A stretch of DNA of 32,003 nucleotides from Chiloscyllium plagiosum. Taxonomy: Eukaryota. This document shows positions 23,566 through 32,003 of this stretch, in pieces. The DNA lies in contig NC_057758.1 of the NCBI RefSeq assembly GCF_004010195.1, forward strand, positions 8,470,775 to 8,502,777. Direction: 5' to 3'. The stretch's first letter is position 1. Every line of letters begins with the position of its first letter. The position numbers and the translations under genes were made by a program. Below the pieces are notes generated by a model. It was given only the letters and a program-made list of their open reading frames with translations. It did no database searches and had not been told where the DNA came from.

Positions 23566-24049
23566 AGTTCCTATATATAAAACATTTCTGCAGCATTTTG
23601 GCAAAAATTAATCGTTTATAGGCAAATTTCTATACCTCATACCCCTAAACAAACTTAGCGTGATACCAAAATCATTTGCACAAATTTGAAATGAGTAATT
23701 GATGCAGCAACGTCTGCCATTTGTGCCAGTGTGTTCCAAACATATTGCACCCCTTGCGTGCAGCAGCTCTTCCAAACATTTCGCCTGAACAGTCTCCTCA
23801 TAAATCACAGATCATGCCCTCAGTTGTAGAGTCCCCAATGTGTGGATATGCCATCTCTTTAAATATTCTATTTGATTAATGATTTCGATCATTAACCACA
23901 GCTTTCGAAGTTCTCCACAAATCAGGACATACCTTCTGTAGTCTTCTGAATAACATCAGTCCTGAAGTCCAAGAAATAGTGTCGTTAAGTTATGCTACAT
24001 TCCTTCCCAAGGCTTTGGATGCTTCCAGCGTTAAACAAAATGATTCAGG

Positions 24050-24360
24050 TGTGCCTTTGCAATGTTCAGGTTGACAAAGGTATGCACCAACTAATGGAAT
24101 TAATGATTTGAACAGTTCGTTGGGTGTTGTTGATCATACACAGAAGAGAACATCGTACTTTGCCCTCAATATATGCTTCCCAAGGTGTGCTGATTACATC
24201 TAACCTGTGCCTTTGCAATGTTCAGGTTGACAAAGGTATGCACCAACTAATGGAATTAATGATTTGAACAGTTCGTTGGGTGTTGTTGACATACACAGAA
24301 GAGAACATCGTACTTTGCCCTCAATATATGCTTCCCAAAGTGTGCTGATTACATCTAACC
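24050..24360 (+). repeat. Near-perfect tandem duplication (24050-24205, 24206-24360)
   Basis: Units run tgtgcctttgcaatg...gattacatctaacc. I see only one 1-nt indel and one substitution. Confidence 0.98.
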
Positions 24361-24381
24361 ACCGTCCTCCAAGTGGGAATT

Positions 24382-24566
24382 TCTCCCCACCCCACCCTCC
24401 TCGAGGTTATCTCTCCACGCTTCAGGCTCTCTGCCTTTATTCCTGATGAAGGGCTTTTGCCTGAAACGTCGATTTTGCTGTTCGTCGGATGCTGCCTGAA
24501 TTGTTGTGCGCTTCCAGCACCACTGATCCAGAATCTGGTTTCCAGCATCTGCAGTCATTGGTTTTA
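24382..24566 (+). mobile_element. 185-bp Penelope-tail mini-element flanked by a 13-bp direct repeat (TSD)
   Basis: CCAAGTGGGAATT at 24369-24381 and 24567-24579. The interior is homologous to the PLE tail at about 19300-19470. Confidence 0.9.
24439..24474 (+). ncRNA. Minimal type I hammerhead ribozyme motif
   Basis: CTGATGA(24443-49) A GGGC-TTTT-GCCT GAAAC GTC(24468-70). Predicted cleavage is after C24470. Palindromic ACGT helix III and a short stem I (TC/GA). Confidence 0.8.
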
Positions 24567-24744
24567 CCAAGTGGGAATTAATCCGAGTTATGTTTGTGCA
24601 AAAAAAGGAGACTTCCAACCTGATGACACAAATACAGTCAAATAAATAAAACATGTTCGATATTACAAAAAACTGACCATCGGCATATCATGTCCTGGTG
24701 TCAAATGTCAAGAATTCCATTTCATAGGCATTGGCATCAGTTTT

Positions 24745-25560
24745 GGGACTAGGGGAGATCTGTACTGATGGGACAGTCTACATCTGAACCGATCTGGAAC
24801 CTGCATTCACACGGAAGTATAAATAGAGTGCTCACGCGTACTTTAAAATAGGGACTATGGGGAGGGGCGAGGGAAAGGGAAAACGACAGGAAGTATGACA
24901 GTAAAAAAAAGATAAGCAGCCGATTTGCATACATGCAAGAGAGTTCAAGTACAATTCAGACTATGAAAGAAGTAAAAAGGGATGGATAACTCAGGAAATA
25001 TTATGAGATATGTTGGAAATCATGAGGGTATGAATACTACCATTAGGCACTTTATCTGAATTCGTAATAAGAATAATGAGTTAACAGCACAACTCATGGC
25101 AAATGAAAATAATTTAGTTGCCATTACGGAGACATGGTTACAGGATGGTCACGGTGGAGAGTTGCATCTCCAGGCGTTCAGAGTATTCGGAAGGACACAC
25201 AGGAAGTTCAGGGAAGTGGTGTAGCTCTGATATTCAAGAAGGACATCATAATTAATTGGAATCCATTTGAGTGGAAATTAAAAATTCAAAGACATAAAAT
25301 TTCACTTGTCCGCATAGTCAAAACGACACCAAATAATAACATCACGTTGGCGTGGCAATAAATAAATAAATGAATAATGCCTGTACAAAGTGCATGGCAA
25401 TTATCGGGGGATTTTAATCTCAGATTGACTGTTCAAACCGGCGCTGTCCGGGCAGCCTTGTGGACAGTTTTGTCGAGTGCATCCGTAATAGTACACTTGA
25501 ACAGAATGCAATGGAACTGAAAACGGAGCGAACTATCTCAGTGCCATGGAACGTGATTTG
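24745..25560 (+). mobile_element. Decayed CR1 ORF1 end and ORF2 apurinic endonuclease fragment
   Basis: WDSLHLNRSGT (esterase DGLHLN motif, about 24768-24800), LVAITETWLQ (about 25115-25143), GSGVAL, and GDFNL (about 25408-25422). Confidence 0.8.
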
Positions 25561-25567
25561 ATAACAG

Positions 25568-25845
25568 TCTCGGCCGACCATCCGCCTGGCGTTGGCACAT
25601 TGTCCCATTTCTGCATGGGTCTTTTCCGGGTGCTCCCAGTTTCGTCCAACAGGCCAAAGATATGCTGTTGAAGTGAATTGGCCTTGCTAAAGTGCCCGTA
25701 GTGACCTGCGGTGTTTAACTAAAGTGCATTAGTCACGGGAAATGTACACCCATGGGTATGGAAGTGGGTCTGGGTGGGATACGCTTCAGAGGGTCAGTTT
25801 GGACCTGTCAGGCAGAATGACCTGTTTCCACACTGTCAGTATTTG
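25568..25845 (+). mobile_element. HE1-like V-SINE, 5' tRNA head missing
   Basis: tctgcatgggtcttttccgggtgctcccagtttcgtccaacaggccaaagat...gtgaattggccttgctaaagtgccc resembles the V-SINE core. The LINE-derived tail is gacctgtttccacactgt. Confidence 0.85.
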
Positions 25846-26399
25846 ATAATCACTTACCACCACATGTGAACTTGGCCTTGCTCCATTTCGCCTTTTCATT
25901 TGGTGTTCTCCCGTAGAATTCCGTTGCAATTTCTTTTGTGTGTTTATTCTTGATTGACCGCCTAGAGCGTGGATTGGTCTCAATTCTTTTACTCAAGGGT
26001 ATTCATGCCCATCTGAATGAATTTCCACCATTCACCAATAGGTCAATCAGGCCAGATCACGCTGAGTAATCGGGCCGAAAAAGGCATTGACATGTTGATG
26101 GCAGGGCGGCCCTTAGATGTCCATGACTGCAGGTGCTGGGAGCATGTAGAACCCTCCATTTCAGAGTGTAATGCGATCCTGTATCTGTTACACATCTCAA
26201 CGTTTCCGTTCGCCCTGACGATGACATTCCAACCAAATTCGAGTGTATGTGATAGATTTTCAACTGCCGGGTTCATTGCTAACTGGCTGTTGGAAGTTGC
26301 AGCCTGTCTGGATGATGCAGCATGCGTGATAGCACTGTTATTTTTGTTAAGGCTCACCTTAGGTACCCAGAATTCTTTCCTATTTGTTCATTTTTCTTG

Positions 26400-28170
26400 A
26401 AATCCATCATGTTTTTGAGAGCCCTTCCAGGCTAAGGACCTCCTTTTGGTCCTGTTGTGATGGATCACAACATAAAAGGCAGTGACTGCAGGACCATGCC
26501 GATTCAAGCTAAGCCCAACATATACTGGAGCAACGAAACTGATGCAGATAGCATATGAGCAAACGGCACTTTCTAGAGATTGATCAAATGCAAAAAAAGG
26601 TAAACTTTGCTATCGAAGTACGCCATGCTCACATTCCTTCTCGTCCTTAACTTGACAGGCGCATTTAGCTGAATGGTCTTGATGTTCTAAGTGTGCGCCT
26701 GCACTGCTTATCTGTGAACCCTGACAGTGAATTCTGGTTCTGTGAGGTCGAGGCCATACAGGTATTCGTCTCCCTTCAGGTGCCTGTCATGACAAAGTGC
26801 GAGGTTTATTCTGGAGATCAGACGATGGTGATGCACACCATCATGAGGCCAAACGGAAGTATTGTATCCCAGCTTTTCTTATTCTGCTGCACCGTCTTCC
26901 TAATCATCCCTTTTTGGTTGTGCTTCATGCTTTCCACGATCCCACTGAATTGTTTAGTATACAATGTGGAATTTCTGCTTGATACCAAGCATAGTTATCA
27001 TAATTTGCATGACTCAGCATTTGAAATGGATTCATCGATCTGACTTGTTACTGCGAGGTAGACCCCATCCTGTAAATACCATCTCTGTTATGATATATGC
27101 TGTTGCTTTGGTTGTATTTAAATAACAAGGGAAGCATCGACCCATTTTGTCACAGTGCCTATGATGATCAGAATGCAGATAAGTCCGTTGCCAAACGTTG
27201 GCAGGGGACCTGTGAAGTGAATTTCAAGTCTTGTCCGGTGCCCTTCCACTTCTTAGTTCTCCCCTTGGCTTGTAATTGTCTGTATTGTTTTAGGTGGAGA
27301 CAAAACAGTTCCCTTTATTATGTGCTGCATCTCTATGCAACTCGGGTCACTAACACAATGATTTTAATCGTTTTGTAGTGGCCTTTCTTCCCTGGTGCAC
27401 GTGCCTGTAATGATATTTATGTATAATTTGGTTCCTGTCTTCAGTCGAGGCGACATGCAAACATGATTTTAGAAATAACCTGTCACTTACGTGTAGGGAA
27501 CGCTTCCACCTGGCAGGGGAATCTGGGTAAACTCTTCCCATAATTTGCTTTTGAGGAATCATCACGGCGTTGTGCATGTCTAATGGCCTCTATGTTTTAC
27601 TGACTTAGACTGACAGCATTGGCTGCTTACCTATGGGTGCCCATCAGGAAACTCCTACATTAGCCCATCTTTTGGCGCATTTGTCTGCTCTGCGTTTACA
27701 TTATGGGGATCACCTGTGGTTAGTTCCATTTTTGATTATGCTGAACTTAACCTACTGTGAGGCCTGCAGTTCTTCAGTGAGGGGGGCTGATGATAGTTAT
27801 TTCACATCAGCGGAAACAAAACATTGAACTTCCCAAACTGGTAAGCATTCAGTCAAGCTTTTGCATACTTACGTGCTGTCCGAACATATATCTGCGCGTG
27901 AATGTAACAGAAAACGGTGGGCGAAGATACAGGCTGATCGATTGGACCAAACGAGGCATTGGTATCCATGGTTGATGGCAGGATGATCCTTCAATATCCA
28001 TTACTGCAGGTGCTCGGTGCACGTAGCCTCTTCCAAATACCGCTGTGAGGCGCCCTTTTGACTGGGATACACCTCGATGTTTGCGATCGAGCTGATTTAT
28101 TTCAACCCCAAATTCAGATTTATATTTTAGGTCTTCAATTGCCATGCTGATTGCAAACTTTCTGTTGGAC
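26400..28170 (-). mobile_element. Heavily decayed endogenous retrovirus-like pol: RNase H plus integrase
   Basis: Manual minus translation. RNase H: MDIEGSS, ADICSDST*VCKSLTECLPVWEVQCFVSADVK*LSSAPL...RADKCAK. Integrase: YHYRHVHQGRKAT...LC**PELHRD (HHCC region), LEIHFTGPLP...VTKWVDA...WGLPRSNKSD...LGIKQKFHIVY, SGIVE, SWDTILPFGLM. Confidence 0.85.
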
Positions 28171-28714
28171 GATCACTGATATCAGCGAAACATGTTTGCT
28201 CTCATCAGACTACGCTTAGGATGTGCGATATTGATAACAATGGACTGAATTACTTTAAGTCCAGCAACTAGATATCTTATTCATTTTGCTGCTTCGAACA
28301 TCCCAACAACGTCCAGAAACCTCTACCAACAAAAAATGGAAAAACGGAATGCGGCAGTCTATTGCTGTCCATTAAGTGCAAATGCCATAGCTTAACTGAT
28401 TGGAATGTTGGGGAGTACGAAAAGAACTTTTATTTACCCTAAAACCTGTAGAGACTCCTTTAAAAATTAACGTGATGATTAAAACATTTTCAGTGCATTC
28501 GAGGCAAATCCTCGCTTCACGTAATGAACACTGTGAAGCTTTCTGCTTCTGCTGATCTAAAACTGCCAACGTAGTGCTCTGAAATGTGAATGGTCACGTA
28601 CATGAAATTAGTGGATTAGTTTTAAAATACACATTTTCACTCCTTTTGTTTGTTGTGTCAAATTGTAAGGCCTAACTAATGTTAGGTGTCACGGTGGATT
28701 AATACTTATTCAGG

Positions 28715-29214
28715 NNNNNNNNNNNNNNNNNNNNNNNNNNNNNNNNNNNNNNNNNNNNNNNNNNNNNNNNNNNNNNNNNNNNNNNNNNNNNNNNNNNNNN
28801 NNNNNNNNNNNNNNNNNNNNNNNNNNNNNNNNNNNNNNNNNNNNNNNNNNNNNNNNNNNNNNNNNNNNNNNNNNNNNNNNNNNNNNNNNNNNNNNNNNNN
28901 NNNNNNNNNNNNNNNNNNNNNNNNNNNNNNNNNNNNNNNNNNNNNNNNNNNNNNNNNNNNNNNNNNNNNNNNNNNNNNNNNNNNNNNNNNNNNNNNNNNN
29001 NNNNNNNNNNNNNNNNNNNNNNNNNNNNNNNNNNNNNNNNNNNNNNNNNNNNNNNNNNNNNNNNNNNNNNNNNNNNNNNNNNNNNNNNNNNNNNNNNNNN
29101 NNNNNNNNNNNNNNNNNNNNNNNNNNNNNNNNNNNNNNNNNNNNNNNNNNNNNNNNNNNNNNNNNNNNNNNNNNNNNNNNNNNNNNNNNNNNNNNNNNNN
29201 NNNNNNNNNNNNNN
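28715..29214. other. Assembly gap (500 N)
   Basis: Run of N. Confidence 1.
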
Positions 29215-30539
29215 GGGGTGATCGGAGTGGCGGCAGTTTTAGCAGCATTGACGGAATCCATGGTGGAGGCGTCGACAACAGACAGCAGACCGAGATAAAC
29301 GAAGAACTCATCTCAGTCTGCTGAAGCTTTAACGTATTTCTTTGTTATCCTACTCTAAATGATGAAAACGAATTGATGTGAACTATTATCGATTTCTCTA
29401 TTTTTCTGATATTCTATCAACTAATACCTAACTTTTCAATGCGACTTTTCTCTCCGTCCTTTGTGTCAAAGGAATTTGTTTTTACAATCCTAGGAGCCTT
29501 GTCACCTGAGATGACACAATGTATGGCAACTGTATACAATTTTGGCTGCAGTGCAGTACTTCTGTACTAGAATACGCATGACTGTAAAAACTAAATTAAA
29601 AATCGATCATTCAGCTCTATATCGAAAAGGGATTATTGTGTGCGAATTGTTTTGAACGTGTAGGTGTGGACTGTATCTTTAAGACAGAGGAAAAGGTCGT
29701 CAGGACTGATTCAAAGCAGACGCTGTGCTAAAAAAGTAAAACTGGCAGACATTTTTGAAACGAATACCTGGAGTTGCGTTGACGTGGAGCAAAAACAAAT
29801 TGAAATTCGGCCAATCATTTTAAAGTATGCCCCAGTTAAGAAAATCCAATCGAATTTGAATTTAATTGTTTGATCACATCAAACCAATGAAATGATCCGA
29901 TGCTTTGAGGTGTAATGCCGAATGTTCTTAACAGTTAGGAAGAAAGGCACACAGCATCAACAAAACAGACTGTCAGCCGAATAATACTCTGAAAGATATC
30001 TGTCCATAATTAAAGTTGTGCAACAGGCGACCGAAGAAAAGGTGACAGCAGGAAATGCAGACGAGAATCTACAGAGAAAGATCTACCAAGAAGAATGGAT
30101 AACTGGCTGGATTTTGAAACTTCAGAGTTAATTTTCCTAAATCATAATCGGCTTATTTTTAGCGAACCAATACCTTGGAATGGCACTTAAAGAAAGAGCT
30201 AAAAGTAAGAATTTGGAAGCAGGTTGTGGTTTTACTGTTCGCTGTTGGACTGAAAGAATACAAGTGTTAATTTTTACTTTAAAAAGTGAAATCTGGGATA
30301 GTTCTTTGCCTCTCGAAATTTAAAAGATTGTGCTGCAAGATGAGTTTCTCTGTGTATCTGGTTTAAATTAGCAGAGGAGCTTTCCCCTTGTCGTAACATA
30401 ATAAATGTGACTTGGCCATGCACGATGAAGGTAGTGGTTTATGGTGTGACTGTGACATGGCACTTTAAATTAGTGTATCATAAAGACAAACAAGGATCTC
30501 GCGCTCCAATTGTTTAAGAGAGTGATTTCATCCTTTCAT

Positions 30540-30652
30540 TTATAAAGGCAAAGGAAATCCGGGCAGGCAGGAAGTGGAGTTGACACCACAGACAGATCAT
30601 GCGTGATCTTATCAAATGTTTGAACTATTGTGTGAGCCGGAGAACCTACATT
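30540..30652 (+). mobile_element. Isolated CR1-type 3' tail
   Basis: gggcaggcaggaagtggagttgacaccacagacagatcatgcgtgatcttatcaaatg resembles CR1 3' UTR tails such as that at about 7660-7760. Confidence 0.55.
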
Positions 30653-31677
30653 AGAAATAAGTCAAGCAGTCATGCTTTAATGAGAATACCAAAAGGTAAT
30701 TTTGCAGAATGATCCCCAGCTAGGTATTCGAAATTTCAAAACCTTCATTCCACATTGAACATAAGTAGCGAACGTTTGGTACATTGGATGGAAGTATAGG
30801 TTTAAGGTGACAAATCGATAAACGACGATTTTAACGAAGACAAGTCCATGCTAGAGTTACATAGTGATCACCCCGTCAACTACATATGGTTATTAAACAG
30901 TTTATTTCACTTCCCTCTCAAGCCTGGTCTATCAATGTTCACGTTATTAATAGATTCAATGTCTAACGCTTTTCTCCATTTCTGTACAAGTTTTTTCCCT
31001 CATCTTCCGACTTTTCTTTGTTTGCTTTCCCACGAAACACTAGCTGTGACGAGCCAGCTTGGTGTAAGTCGTCTGAAATAAGGAGATTCTATTCTTCTGG
31101 CTATGTATTCTTAAAATTATCCCCGCCCTACTGAGAAGAACTAAAACACCCCAGCTCCCCCAAACACAAGTACCCGCAAGGCATTCATAAAAATCCCGTC
31201 TTCCCTCTCGAAGGACACCATCTCCTGACTTATATCTTTTTTTTAATAGCTGCTGGGATTAGAATATAGCTATTCACTATGTACTCTGTTGGAAGTTCGA
31301 ATGATGTTTAAAATCTGGATATGAGTATCGGAGAATGTGGGTATTTTTGCCAAGTGTTTGTACTCTGAATAGCAACTTCAGCAAGATACTCGTTTCATGT
31401 CGAACACAAATAAGATACAGAGCAGAGCACTTTCCAAATTGTTCAATCATAAATTCCCAGAATATATCGGCACAAATTACATTCCGAGTAATGCTTTCTC
31501 TTCTTTGTTCCCATCGGACCTTCCAGATATGTTCTGATGGGATGTTCAAAATTCAAAGTTTATGATAGATTTAATTAAAAATGGACAAGGACTAAAGCAT
31601 TGGGGAAACTAAGGCAGCACACAAGCAAAATGACTATGCTATTAAACATGCCACAGAATCCAGACTGGCTGAAGTGA

Positions 31678-32003
31678 CCAACAGAAAGTTTGCAATCAGC
31701 ATGGAAATTAAAGACCTAAAATAAAAATCTGAATTTGTGGTTGAAATGAATCAGCTCGATCACAAACATCGAGGTGTATCCCAGTCAAAGTGGCGCCTCT
31801 CAGCGTTATTTGGAAGAGGCAACATGCACCGAGCACTTGCAGTAATGGATATAGAAGGATAATCCTGCCATCAACATGGATATAAATGCCTCGTTTGGTC
31901 CAATCGATCAGCCTGTATCTTCGCCCACCGTGTTCTGTTTCATTCACGCGCAGATATATGTTGGGACTGCACGTAAGTATGCAAAAGCTTGACTGAATGC
32001 TTA
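31678..32003 (+). mobile_element. Inverted second copy of the ERV-like pol fossil (RNase H region), running off the window end
   Basis: Roughly 90% identical by eye to the reverse complement of 27842-28168. Confidence 0.92.

Noticed and set aside
4155..29324. ORFs containing long X runs at the three gaps
   Set aside because: They are open only because N codons are not stops.
31170..31310. Possible LINE 3' fragment related to 10775-11500
   Set aside because: Similarity by eye is too weak to call.
1..32003. CRISPR arrays, tRNA/rRNA genes, prokaryotic operons or defence systems
   Set aside because: No repeat-spacer array or structural RNA gene seen; the content is vertebrate.

Overview
Vertebrate genomic DNA, most likely from a shark (inferred from an HE1/V-SINE, shark-type CR1 tails and the receptor family). 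It has three N-gaps and is mostly repeats. One host gene is recognisable: a two-exon GPR139/GPR142-like class A GPCR on + (15642-15786 joined to 19682-20587). It would encode 349 aa but is broken by one extra A in a Trp codon (TGG>TAGG at 20134-20137). Its intron holds two head-to-head Penelope-like elements (PLEs). Minimal hammerhead ribozyme motifs sit in PLE tails at about 19386 and 24443; the second lies in a 185-bp mini-element with a 13-bp target-site duplication. A heavily decayed retrovirus-type pol (RNase H plus integrase), not evident as such in the ORF track, lies on - at about 26400-28170, with an inverted copy starting at 31678. The least explained signal is an old inverted duplication (5092-6050 vs 9240-9930). 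It preserves an 82-84-codon reading frame and shared stop, with canonical splice signals in the minus-strand copy, and resembles no family I recognise. The rest is CR1, Rex1/Babar and other LINE debris, a 4.3-kb CT/CA array and three short tandem duplications. All family calls come from motif recognition, not database searches.
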